Shown piece by piece: positions 1 to 11,669 of a stretch of DNA of 64,000 bases. The DNA is from Octopus sinensis. Taxonomy: Eukaryota. The notes under the pieces were generated by a model. That model saw only the letters and a list, made by a program, of their open reading frames with translations. It was not told the origin of the DNA and made no database searches. Positions within the stretch are counted from its first letter, which is position 1. Every line of letters begins with the position of its first letter. The position numbers and the translations under genes are program-made. The stretch is taken from contig NC_042999.1 of assembly GCF_006345805.1 (NCBI RefSeq), positions 128,030,001-128,094,000 of the forward strand. The letters run 5' to 3'.

Positions 1-673
1 AAAACAAAAGAAATTTGGCTGCTATTTCTTGTAGGTTGATCGACCACTCAGAAGTTCTTTCATTGGCTCTTATCATATCATGGCAGGTATGTTGCACAGC
101 AACATAAGTCTTTCATTTCTTCACTTTTTCTTTTCCTCTTTTCTAATGATCAAATCAGATAACAGAATAAACGGAAATCTCAGTTGTAACTTCAGGTCAA
201 ATGATTTTCTCTCTCCAGAGTCTCCTTCATTAGAAAATATAAGCAGTTCTCTAGCCTAAGCTAATGAAGTTAGATTTTTTTTTTAACGAGATTAAATCTC
301 ATCACAGATGCAAAATCAATAATGGTACTACCTATTGATGCTGTTGTTGCTGTTGTTTAATCTTAGGGTGACCAAGATTAGAGCATTCCTGTAATGACTA
401 TCATCTCATATAGCTGTGAAAGCATTCTAATCATGACAATCCCATTTATTTATTTATTTATTATAGATGCTGGCATAGCAGTGTGGTTAAGAAGCTTGCT
501 TTGCAACCATGTGGTTTTGGGTTCAGTCCTGCTGCATCGTACCTTGGGCATGTGTATTCCCTTATAGCCCAGAATGTTGTAGGTTTAAGTCTGTCTGTAG
601 GCATATGTTCTTTGTGTAGTGCATCTGATCACTGTATACAATAAACTCATTATTGTTATCATTATTATCATTG

Positions 674-1085
674 ACAGCAACAAGCTGGCAGAATTGTTAG
701 CACACCAGGCAAAATAGTTAGCTGCATTTTGTCTGTTTTTATTTTCTGAGTTCAAATTCTGCTGAGGTCAACTTTATCTTTCATCCTTTTGGGGTCAATA
801 AAATAAGTACCAGTTGAACAAAGGGGCCAATGTAATCAACTATCCCCCAAAACTTGCTGGCCTTGTGCCAAAATTAGAAACCATTATCATTATTAGTATT
901 GGCAGCAGCAAGCTGGCAGAATTGTCAGCATGCCGGACAAAGTGCTCAGCGGTATTTCGTCCATTTTAATATTCTGAGTTCAATTCCTGCCAAGGTCAAC
1001 TTTGCCTCTCATCCTTTCAAGGTCGATAAAGTAAATACCAGTTGAGCACAAAATTGCAGGCCTTGTGCCTATAGCAGAAAAGAAA
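674..1085 (+). mobile_element. Two adjacent family-A tRNA SINE copies
   Basis: Each (about 674-885 and 901-1085) has AGCTGGCAGAATTGTTAGC, GAGTTCAA(A)TTC and CTTTCATCCTTT...AAGTACCAGTTG. Confidence 0.75.
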
Positions 1086-1372
1086 AGAATTATCTTTATT
1101 ATTCCATCTTTTTTTGTCTTCTTGTATCTCATATTACTTTGTCTAATGTAGTCTTAGATGTCAATAGGATATAATTTAATATAAATTTGGTTGTTATTTA
1201 TAACAGGCAAGACACAACATTAGAGTGAGGTTCCTTGTTGGGTGGGGTGGGGATGTATTATGGTGCGGATATTAATATGATGGTGGGGAAGTTGATAGTA
1301 TTATTGATTGTGATAGTGATAATGGTGGTGGTGGTGGTGTGGTGTTGCTATTTGTGTGATGGTGATGATTAA

Positions 1373-1991
1373 CCCTTTGGCATTTAAACCAGCCATATCT
1401 GGCCAAAATACTCTACCTGTTTAATGCTCAAACTGGCCAGCTTTGACCTCTCACACCAACCCTACAATATTACTCTAAAAATTAACAGTTAGTTCATCAA
1501 AATCTCAAAGCCACAAACCAATGCATGATTAATTCAAAACAATGTGAATAATTAAGCAGAGTATATGACAGAGTAACCTGAATACTTTTCTACTTTAGGC
1601 ACAAGGCCTGAAATTTTGGGGATGGGGGCCAGTCAATTAGATCGATCCCAATATGCAAATGGTACTTAATTTATCAACCCTGAAAGGATGAAAGGCAAAG
1701 TTGACCATGGCAGAATTTGAACTCAGAACATAAAAACAGATGAAATACCTATTTCTTTACTACCCACAAGGGGCTAAACACAGAGAGGACAAACGGATTA
1801 ATTCGATTATATCGACCCCAGTGCATAACTGGTACTTATTTAATCGACTCCGAAAGGATGAAAGGCAAAGTCGACCTCGGCGGAATTTGAACTCAGAACG
1901 TAAAGACAGATGAAATACCGCAAAGCATTTCACCTGGCATGCTAACATTCCTGCTAGCTTGCCGCCCTAGAGTAACCTGAATACTAAAAGA
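1373..1991. mobile_element. piggyBac-like MITE interrupted by a SINE
   Basis: TTAA|CCCTT start and degraded AAAAGA|TTAA end. The body matches 57590-57810 and part of 45270-45420. Confidence 0.6.
1587..1968 (-). mobile_element. Family-A tRNA SINE, internally duplicated (dimeric) form, with 17-bp TSD
   Basis: AGAGTAACCTGAATACT occurs at 1570-1586 and 1969-1985. The element has the head GGCGGCAAGCTAGCAGGAATGTTAG, B-box GAGTTCAAATTCC, and two copies of the CTTTGCCTTTCATCCTTTC...GATAAATTAAGTACCAG domain. Confidence 0.8.
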
Positions 1992-2444
1992 TTAATGTTG
2001 TTGTTGTTGTTGTCGTTGTTGTTGTTGGTGATGGTGGTAGTGGATGTGATAAAAGCAGTGTTGTTGTTTAACCCTCAGTCAATGTTGATTGAGCAGACAT
2101 ATGATCAAAATCATTCCACTTGTAGCCATCTAGTCTTCTTATGAATATGTAGGTTTTAGATGGTAACATGATTTGAGGGAGATTTGTTATCTATTTCAAG
2201 CAGATCAGGCAATCAAACTGAGGCTCCTTTAATGGTGATGTTGGTGGCTATGATGGTGTTAATGGTGACGGCAGTATCTTTCCTTACAGCCATCTCCTGT
2301 TGATATCATAACCTTTGATGATCAGTCAAGATGGAAGATATTCAGAGGACCCTACTACATTTCCAATATACAAGTCATTAAAAGGGTCACTATATAGTCA
2401 ATTAACCTGCTAGAAAAAGCAGCAAAATCTCCCTCCAATTTGTG

Positions 2445-3335
2445 TTAAGAAGTTTGCTTCTCGACCACACGGTCCCAGGTTCAGTCCCACTGCATTGCAT
2501 CTTAGACAAGCATATTCTACTATAACTCCAGGCTAACCAATGTCTTATGAGAAGATTTGGTAGATAGAAATTGAAAGAAGCCTGCCATGTGTGTGTGTGT
2601 GTGTATGTGTGCATGCATGTTTGTGTGTGCAAGAGAGCGTGTGTATGTGCACCTGCATGTGTGTGTGTGTGTATGTGTGCACGTATGTTTGTGTGTGCAA
2701 GAAAGCATGTGTATGTGCATCTGCATATGTGTGTGGGTGTGTTTGTGTTTGTGCTCCCACTGCTATTTCACAAGCAATGTTTGTTAATTTATGTCCCTGT
2801 AACTTAACAGTTCAGCAAAACAAACTGATAGAATAAGTACAAAGCTTAAAAAATTAGATTTGGGATCAGTTGGTTTAACTACACCCTTTAAAGCAGTGTG
2901 GAGGCACAATGGCCCAGTGATTAGGGCAGCGGACTCATGGTCATAGGATCGCGGTTTCGATTTCCAGACTGGGCGTTGTGAGTGTTTATTGAGCGAAAAC
3001 ACCTAAAGCTCCACGAGGCTCCGGCAGGGGATGGTGGTGATTCCTGCTGTACTCTTTCACCACAACTTTCTCTCACTCTTACTTCCTGTTTCTATTGTAC
3101 CTGTATTTCAAAGGGCCGGCCTTGTCACTCTCTGTGTCACACTGAATATCCCCGAGAACTACGTTAAGGGTACATGTTGCTCAGCCACTTACACGTTAAT
3201 TTCATGAGCAGGCTGTTCCGTTGATTCGGATCAACCGGAACCCTCGTCGTCGTAACCGACGGAGTGCTTCCATATATAAGGCAGTACCCCAGCATGGTGA
3301 GTCCAATGAATGAAACAAGTAAAAGATAAAAGACG
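2445..3335 (+). mobile_element. Family-B (CORE/OR-like) SINE with an expanded microsatellite and a nested SINE
   Basis: GGTTCAGTCCCACTG head, (GT/AT)n middle, TAACTTAACAGTTCAGCAAAA segment and GAAACAAGTAAAAGA tail. Interrupted at 2897-3276. Confidence 0.7.
2897..3276 (+). mobile_element. tRNA-derived SINE (family E) nested in family B
   Basis: Head GGAGGCACAATGGCCCAGTGATTAGG...GGTTTCGATTTCC. Flanked by TAAAGCAG (2889-2896) and TAAGGCAG (3277-3284), a probable 8-bp TSD with one mismatch. Confidence 0.65.
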
Positions 3336-3388
3336 AACGGTAAATCACATCTTATTATCTTAAAAAGGGAAAAACAGAGTAAGAGGAT

Positions 3389-3725
3389 AAAGACCCCCTT
3401 CAGTCATGAATGACTATGGGATTTCACCTTGAAAGCTCCCCTCCAAGGCACAAGTCCAGGCAAGGTTATTTACAGAAGACCAGCAGTCACCCATGCATAC
3501 CAGTCTCCCTTCTCCACGCTACCGATGTTATCCAAGAGAAAAGCTAAGGCTGATATAACTTGGCACCAGTGATGTTGCAACTCATTTCTACAGCTGAGTG
3601 AACTGGAGTAACGTGAAATAAAGTGTCTTGCTCAAGAACACAACATGCAGCCTGGTCCAGGATTCGAACACACTACCTCAGGAGTGTGAGCCCAATGCTC
3701 TAACCACTGAGCCATGTGCTTTCAG
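3389..3725 (-). mobile_element. Family-D tRNA SINE
   Basis: Minus-strand head GCACATGGCTCAGTGGTTAGAGC...GTTCGAATCC with the CTTGAGCAAGACACTT...CACTCAGCTGTAGAAATGAG domain. A second copy is at 44551-44886. Confidence 0.75.
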
Positions 3726-3987
3726 AGCAGAGTAAGCAATGTAATACTAGATAAATTATGTAAAGAGAAAAAAGACTGGGAGGTCACAGCTGGACCACTT
3801 TTGATTGTAGGTCTGCCTGACTGTGGATAAACAACCAGAACAACAGCATCATTATCTAGAGCACAAATTTAAAATATCTGAGCCAAAAAAGGAGCTCCTA
3901 CATAGTCATTGATCTGTTAGAAATAGCAGCCAGCTAAGTTTCTCTCAAATTACATATTGATACTATCATAAAAATGGCATGAGACAT

Positions 3988-4014
3988 TGCTGCTGCTGCT
4001 GCTACTGCTGTTGG

Positions 4015-4045
<31 letters not shown>

Positions 4046-4132
4046 CCATCACCATCACCATCACCATCATCATCATCATCATCATCACCACCACCACCAC
4101 TGCCATACATACATACATACATACATACATAC
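3988..4132. repeat. Compound microsatellite (TGC)n-(CAT/CAC)n-(CATA)n
   Basis: Directly visible. It is the source of the spurious poly-His, poly-Asp and poly-Ile ORFs. Confidence 0.95.
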
Positions 4133-4209
4133 AAGAAAAAGCAAAGTTACCAAAGTACTGATGACAATTCAAAACCAACAAGACCTGAGAGAGGAAGGCC
4201 TTTCCTTGG

Positions 4210-4500
4210 GGAAACATTTGATGTGGAGCAGTAAAATCTAAAAGGAAGCTGCAAGGACGACTTCTCTGCTGACCATCAGCCAAAACAAAAATATTGCAAT
4301 ATGGGTTCTTAAAATTAGATGGCTGGATAAGATAAGAAATGAAGAGTGGTGGCAAAAGGGGAGAGGTATGTGCTAGTAGAAGAACAGATCCTGAAGTACA
4401 AGTGGGGATGATTAGGCCACAAGTTAAGGAAACCAGCATCCTGCATTAGGAAAGTGGAAGAGAGGACACCCTGAAAATAACTGAAAGGTGGGATACTGAG
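4210..4500 (+). mobile_element. RTE-clade LINE 3' fragment (degraded)
   Basis: Broken translation ...VLKIRWLDKIRNEEWWQK...EEQILKYKWG*LGHKLRK resembles the RTE ORF C-terminus LRRILxIxWxDKIxNEE...RRWxWxGH. Confidence 0.55.
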
Positions 4501-5824
4501 GTAAAGCTGATAAAGTAGGGATCCAACTGATAAAGAGAGAACACAGAAAAGACAGCCGTGAGTCAAGAACAGTGGGGTAAAAAAAGGTTATCAATGGCTT
4601 AATCTCCACAAGAAGTGAAGGGCTTGAGTGAAATGATGCCTGGAAAAACACAAAGCAAAACAATACAAAAAAAGAAAACAAAACAGGTTGGTCATATGTA
4701 GAACGTCTTTGATACATGGCTGCTCAGTCAGAGCTAACCTAGAGTTTAAAATAACATATAACCCATTCATGTCACAGACATACCTGATGCAATGTTTGTG
4801 GACATTATTGAAGTTCTCCATGACCAATAAACCACACACACACACACATGCGTGCGTGCACACACACTCACACAAACATGCACACACACATGCCCATGAA
4901 AACACAAATGCAAACACAAACACACACACACATACAAACAATGCAAACACACATGCTACATAATCTGAATCAATAAAAATTAAGTAGACATGATTATTTT
5001 TAGCAATGTAATCTCTTTCAATTGTCTTAGTAAGAAATATCATATTTTATAATTTCATGTCTTGGCACATACCCAAACACTACATTGGCCATTTTAACTC
5101 TTTCTGGCAATAAGTTTCCCAATAGCCCAGTTGCTATCTTGTCTGCAGTCTTTTCACATAATTAAGAAACAATTATCTTTGCCATTTTGTTGATGTTAAT
5201 GCAATTAGTAAACTGGTATAGTGAAACCAAAATCACGTTTATTGTTTACCAAAGTCAACTTTACTTTTCACTTTTCTAGGGTACCAGATAGGTACTAGGG
5301 ATCAATTTAAATGACTAACCAACTTCCACTGCCAAAAAATTTCTGGTATTGTGCCTAAGTTAATTTCATCTTTACATCATCCTCAATGTCTTATGCTTTT
5401 GTAATCAATTAAAAAAATTCATTATTATCATTATTATTGTTATTCTGCCAAAGTTAACTTTGCCTTTCATCCTTTTGGGTCAATAAATTAAGTACCAGTG
5501 GAGTACTGGGGTCAATGTAACTGACATAATGCCTCCCCAAAATTTCAGGTCTTGTGTCTATAGTAGAAAGGATAAAAATTATTGTTATTATTACCATTAT
5601 TATTATTATAATATGAAGGCAGTGAGCTGTCAGGATCATTAGCATGCTGGGCAAAATGCTTAGAAGCATTTCATCCATCTGCACGTTCTGAGTTCAAATT
5701 CCACCAAGGTTGACTTTGCCTTTCATCTTGCCAAAATTTAAAATCATTATCATTATTATTTTAGTTTGTCTCTGGTTCAGTGTTATTCTTAGTCGGGATT
5801 ATGTGGATAGTGAGTAATTGGAGA

Positions 5825-5932
5825 ACAGAATTGGTTGCTAGAGCAGTGAAAGAATGTTATTTTCTCGGACGAGTCATCCTTTACCGTATTTCCAATCACC
5901 AGCCGAGTATACGTGTGGAGACAGTCAAAAGA
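5825..5932 (+). mobile_element. Tc1 transposase fragment
   Basis: Reads Q*KNVIFSDESSFTVFPITSRVYVWRQSKE (the IFSDES first-Asp motif). Closely matches the reverse complement of about 48310-48410. Confidence 0.7.
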
Positions 5933-6426
5933 AATGGATTCGATCCACCATAGCTAAATTTCAAGGAACAGTTCAACAGAACTTTTCTCACTCCTGTATA
6001 TGCCATGATGCACATACACACACTCAGTTGCTGTACTGTCCAGTCACTGACTGCACACATTTTGGCACGCAAAGTGACACTGCTATTCGAACTAATCTGA
6101 ATAGAAAACTTCCCGTATGCACTTCAATGATCCTCTCTCCTGATATGCTAAATTTCTCCTCAACCATGCATTTCTTTTTCTCCTTCAATCGTTCGTTTCC
6201 TTTTCCGGAACCCCACTGGAGAGGGGAGTGATGTAGTGGATCTTGCAGGCATGAAGTGGATTCGATCCACCATTGTCAAATTTCATGTAACAGTTCAACA
6301 GAACTTTTCTCACGGTAAAAGGATAGTTTTTCTGTGACAGCAGTTTTACATTTTCCAGATGCCTTAGCTAGGCCAAAATAATGTCTTCACCACTTGACCT
6401 TTCTAACCTCTTCTATTTCACCAAAA

Positions 6427-6699
6427 GCTAGAATTAAGATAACAAGATCACCAACTAAATCTGTTGTTCTCAATAATATGTCTGTCCTTCTGGATAGTTA
6501 TAAAAGTAAGAACCCCAAGCAAAAATCAGTTAGTCGGCTCGTGACAACTCAATCAGTTAGTTAATGAATGACAACTCGAGTCAGAGACAGCTACCATCAG
6601 TTAGGGAGCGGAATGCTAGAATCATGATCCAAAGCAAGGCAGCTACTAAAGACAATGGTCAAAGGGAGAAATGAAGTTTACTATCAGCAACTATGAGAT
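6427..6699 (+). repeat. Direct repeat copy 1 (LTR-like) flanking the Gypsy fragment
   Basis: GCTAGAATTAAGATA...CAGCAACTATGAGA recurs at 8544-8808, roughly 90% identical by eye. Weak similarity continues to ACTTCGCA at about 6825 and 8950. Confidence 0.8.
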
Positions 6700-6827
6700 C
6701 CAACTTCCCACACTCTCTCACTTTCACTTACTCACTTTGTCTTCTCTGCACATTACCATATCTCTCTCTATGGTTTACTACTACAATAAGAACAAACTTG
6801 CTGAAATTAACTTTTTTTTTACTTCGC

Positions 6828-7860
6828 ACACTCCAGAGACAATCGATCTTCAGCTGATCGCGGCAGATCAGGAAGGCGACGAAGAACTTAATAGGCTCCG
6901 GAATTCGTCGTCCCTCAAGTTCCAGCTGTTCCCATTATCTTCTACCTGTTAGGTATGGTGCGATACCTCCACTGGCTACGAACGTCCTTACGTCCCTTGA
7001 CCTGCATCGACCGCTTTTCTCGATGGCCCGAAGCTTTCCCTCTGTCCGATACTTCAGCGCTGATGTCCTTGTTTGTCCCCTCTATGTTTAGCCCCTTGTG
7101 AGCAATAAAGGAACAGATATCACACTGGGTATCGCGTTTTGGTGTCCCCGCAACCATCACGACAGAGGACGGCAATTTGATTCGCAACTTTTCAACGAAC
7201 TCACGCGTCTGATCGGTTCTAAACATTGCCGCACAACAGCTTATCATTCAGCGGCAAACAGCATGATAGAGAGATTCCACAGGCAACTGAAATCAGCCAT
7301 ACGTGCATGTCCAGACCTAACCATGGATAAAATTTCTTCCTATTAATCTGCTCGGTATCCGTGTGTCTATTAAGGACGACATCGGCCACTCACCGGCTGA
7401 GTTAGTTTACCGCACCACGCTGGCCCTGCCAGAGCAAATGATCGCTCCAGTATCTCCAAGGGATATTCTTGATCCCACATTTTATGTACATCGTCTCCGT
7501 GCACATATGTCCCATCTCTCACCTAACGCACCCCGTTCGCAGAAAACCGACACATATGTCCCCTAGGACATTAACCAATGGACGCACGTTTTTATCCAGA
7601 ACGATGGAATACATTCACAAATCCGTCCACCGTATTCTGGACTCTACAGAGAACTACAGAGAAGAGAGAAATAAACCGACATAAATGGCAAGCCAAATAC
7701 TATTAGTATCGATCGACTTAAGAAAGCTATCGTCGAACCCGATTCTTCCTCATCATCGTCGACTCCGCACCAAACCGTCACAGTTTCGTCAACACTACCC
7801 ACAAGTACCTCAACGTATTCACAGCAAATTCGAGCAAGAAGCGGGTGAAGAGTCCGCTGG
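6828..7860 (+). mobile_element. Ty3/Gypsy pol remnant (post-RNase H linker plus integrase core), with frameshifts and stops
   Basis: TPETIDLQLIAADQEGDEEL...VWCDTSTGYERPYVP / LTCIDRFSRWPEAFPL / [47 protein letters not shown] / SIKDDIGHSPAELVYRTTLALP are typical Gypsy rve-domain motifs. Confidence 0.85.
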
Positions 7861-8543
7861 CCGGCAAAATACATACAAATTTTCTATTTCAAAAACATTC
7901 CAGGTGAGTGATTTACAGGCACCAATGCCTTAATTTCTACACGAACAGCTATAATACTTATTTTTCTTTCCAATGAACTTCACAAGGACCATACCTGTAA
8001 CACTTACATTGCATTAATTCAAACTCCTGTTTGTCATATTAAATTAAAATTGATTCTGCTTGCATTCTATTAGACTCAAATGAACGGAACATTTTATTCA
8101 TGAACTGAACATTTATTCATCACCCGAACATTTATCCATAGCCGGAATTTTTATTTGCATGCCTTCTCAATTTTATTCATATTTTGCACTTCCACTTTCT
8201 TTCAGTCGCATTGTCGCACGTTGCATTTTGCATGTATATATATTTTTCTCGTTCACTTTAAAAATGTGTTGTTGCATATACACATGCATGCACCTTTCCC
8301 CAGCGCCTGGCCTTGCGCACGCGTTTGCACACATTGATGCACACACACACACATCCTAACTATGTCACATTCATAACCAACACATGCCTTTCTCGCTTGT
8401 TTTTCATGTTCCTTGCGCCTTTGTAGACACAACTCGTCTCTGTAAGACCCTAGGTCGGTCACTCATACATACAGAAAGTTGTTTGTCCCTTACAATGTGC
8501 CAGCATGCCACACTTTTGCTCCTGCACGATCGAACCATATATG

Positions 8544-8808
8544 GCTAGAATTAAGATACCAAAACCAACTAAATCTGTTGTTCTCAATGATATGTCTGTC
8601 CTTCTGGATAGTTATAAAAGCAAGAACCCCAGGCAAAAATCAGTCGGCTCGTGACAACTCAATCAGTTAGTTAATGAATGACAACTCGAGTCTGAGACAA
8701 CTACCCTCAGTTAGGGAGCGGAACGCTAGAATCATGATCCAAAGCAAGACAGCTACTAAAGACAATGGTCAAACGGAGAAATGAAGTTTACTGTCAGCAA
8801 CTATGAGA
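8544..8808 (+). repeat. Direct repeat copy 2 (LTR-like)
   Basis: Matches 6427-6699. Confidence 0.8.
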
Positions 8809-9571
8809 CATCATCCCACGACCCTACAACTTTCACTAGCTGTAATTCTGTTCTCTTACAACACCATTCTATCGCTATCTGTGGATTACTGCTAAGAAAA
8901 CGTGCACACAAAACTATACAAGGAAAATCTACATCTAACTTTACTTCGCATGCTCTGGGATCTTATCACCTGCTCGTCATCTTTACAAAATGGCAATCAA
9001 CGAAGAACCAATCCTTTACAAACAGATTACACTCCGTCCTACTGTGTATCAACTATCGTTTTCCATATTAACGTTTATCATGTCACAAAATTAAATTTCA
9101 ACCGTTACACAAAATTAATCTTTATCGTTATATACATAGATAGATAGATAGATATATGAAGTAGTTCCTTCTGTGACTTTCAGTTTCCTTTTGTCAGCTA
9201 CAAAGCAATTTAGTAGAAACTCAGTTTTCACGCACATACATGCATTTAAGAAATTTCTTTCGCGCGAGCCTTGAACCTTTTGTTTTTCACTTTTCATATA
9301 CTTAGTGAAAATTGGACGATATATAAAAGTAGGACAGATAGTGTTTCCATAAGAATAGCTTGGTGATCCCAACAATTGTGAATTGTTGTCGTTTTTGTTA
9401 GTTTGGTTTATATTTCCTTTTTATTGGAATATAAAACAAAACCACATTAAAAAATACAAGTCCAAAACCGGAAGAAAAAATTGGAAAAAGCGGAGCAAAG
9501 AAAGAAACAAAAAAACATCAATTCAACATCAAACGCCTTAATTGGTCGCACACTACCAAGTTCAACGGAAC

Positions 9572-9918
9572 CTACTGAAGCAAGTCCACGGCATTACCAC
9601 GAGTGATGGCGAGGCTAAGGCGTTGGAACAGACAAACACCCTCACGGGCATCACTTGACACCTCGGTAAGCCGAGCCGCCTACGATGACAAGAACTTCAC
9701 AGTTAGCGACCAAGCCTTCTAAACGTCTCAAACGCTACAGGCTAGAAGAAATGGTTCATTGACAGGTTCCGATACTTAAGGATTTTGTTCCGTTCGGCTG
9801 CGGAAGGAGTGACCCTCCCATTTACCGCTGCATCCAGGATGTAGGAGGAAGCAAAGGAGTCACAGACTGTGGCGTCCCAAATGAGGCACCTACCTCTTGC
9901 CCACGGGCAAAGGGTTTG
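9572..9918 (-). mobile_element. CRE-clade non-LTR retrotransposon 3' fragment (restriction-like endonuclease domain)
   Basis: Reads TLCPWARGRCLIWDATVCDSFASSY...AAERNKILKYRNLSMNHFF*PVAFETF, then after a frameshift ...CLFQRLSLAITRGNA. These match the PWxxGxxLxWDxT...KxxKY...PxAxET...FQRLSxAxxRGNA end of CRE ORFs. Confidence 0.75.
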
Positions 9919-11381
9919 GTGTAGAAGAAAGAACTGTACCCAATAGCTTGCATGTGCCTTCATCTAGTTTTTGGTTACCTCTCTTACCTTTCTCGACAAG
10001 AGTTACTCATTAAAGCTATCGATTTTTCTCGTCAACATTGGCCTAAATATAACAAATTTTAGTTTTTGTTTGGCTCACTACATGAAGTATGTTAACCCTT
10101 CCTCACTTAACATATGTGAGAAATTCCCCATCCTAGTCATTTGCCTAAACGATGAATATTAACACCGAAACACACCTGCAGTTGTCGCCGTGCTTGCTAA
10201 TGATCAAACTCACCCTCTACTTATCTATTATATACACCCCATTGTTTGGTATATAACAAATCTGTTTCTGTTTTCACTTTTTTGTTGCATAGCAACTCTA
10301 TAACAATGTAGAAAAATTGATCTTTCGAATTCGTGTTTGATCTCGCTTAACTTGAATTAGCCTCAAAAACTCTTTGATTAAAAATAAAATTAAATTATTA
10401 GTTTCAAATTTTGGCGCAAGACCAACAATTTCAGGGTAGGAGGTAAGTCATTTACATCAACTCCAGTGCTCAAGTGGTACTTATTTTAATGACCTCGGCG
10501 GAATTTGAACTCAGAAGGTGAAGACAGGCTAAATGCCGCTTAGCTTTTTGCCGGGCGTACTAACGATTCTGTCAGCTCGCCGCCTTAAATATTGGTTTCA
10601 AATTTTGGCACAAGGCCAGCAAGTTTAGGGGGATCTAGTCTTTCTCATTTGCAAAATGTGTCCCAATTAATTTTGCTCAGATTGCTTTCAATATTGATGT
10701 ATCGATGCAACTCTGAATTTTGATTACGACCAACCAGTTACTTTATATCGTAAATTAAAGAATCTGACGTTATTTGGAATTAAAGTTAGGAAATTTGGGT
10801 AATTTTAGCCAATCAACAGATAGCGTGACATTAGCAGCTTGTTCCATGACAATTGTTGTCTGTGTTGCTGTTGTCTATGTTGATTTTTCACACTTAGTAT
10901 TTTTACGTTTTTCATTTCATTTATCTTTCGGACTCATTGACTTAGATAGGTGGATTTATGATTTCACTAGGTTAATTCTATTCATAAAAATTTAAATTAG
11001 GAGTAGTTCTTAAATCGTTAGCTTCACATTTCAACAGCTTAACTGAAATTTAACACACGCAACAGGAACTGAGAGGGATATCACAGAACAGAGAAACTAT
11101 GGGTGATACAGATAATTTGACATTATTTTTAAATTCTGCATGCAAAAACATATAAGATACAGGTATTCTTTTCCTCGGGACAAATTCTTTGTTGACCAGT
11201 GTTATTCTTATCGTAGTTTACAAATCAAAGCATGAAAACGTTTCTCAACTTCGGAATTTTGGAGACAGACGCCCCCCCCCCACTTCACACACACACTTAT
11301 ATATTAATGATGTACATAAATACATGGCAGGTATACATAATACTGAAGTACGCATAAAGTAAACAGATGCAGACAAATATA

Positions 11382-11569
11382 TTCTTTTCTACTCTAAGCA
11401 CAAGGCTGGAAATTTTGGGGAAGGGGACTAGTCGATTAGATCGACCCCAAAATGCAATCCCAAAAGGATGAAAGGCAAAGTCGACCTCGGCGGAATTTGA
11501 ACATAGACAGACGGAATATCGTTAAACATTTCACCCGGCGTGCTAACGTTTCTGCCAGCTCGCCGCCTT
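11382..11569 (-). mobile_element. Family-A SINE with 15-bp TSD
   Basis: ATGCAGACAAATATA occurs at 11367-11381 and 11570-11584, and the head is CpG-intact. Confidence 0.8.
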
Positions 11570-11669
11570 ATGCAGACAAATATAACAAATTTTTAAAAAT
11601 GATAAAAACGTACAGTCAATGAAGAGACAAAAGAAACAGTAAGATGATACATGTTGATTTTATTAGGTA

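Noticed and set aside
130-260. Open minus-strand frame ARELLIFSNEGDSG... as the next exon of the putative minus-strand gene
   Set aside because: The phase is incompatible with the candidate upstream exon, there is no donor site, and I recognise no homology.
2402-2836. Cluster of ORFs rich in HT/CV/MC repeats (likewise at 4591-5043, 17687-18137, 43044-43659 and 56624-57013)
   Set aside because: They are translations of (CA/GT)n and (TA)n microsatellites, not genes.
2897-2970. tRNA-like heads as genuine tRNA genes (also 3650-3725, 44810-44886 and 45190-45268)
   Set aside because: A and B boxes are present but there is no convincing cloverleaf, and each runs into a SINE body.
3934-4241. Poly-His, poly-Asp and poly-Ile ORFs
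   Set aside because: They arise from the (CAT/CAC)n microsatellite, with no splice or homology support.
8080-8140. Three short GAACATTTATTCAT-like repeats as a CRISPR-like array
   Set aside because: Eukaryotic context, no spacers and no cas genes; it is a simple minisatellite in LTR-like DNA.
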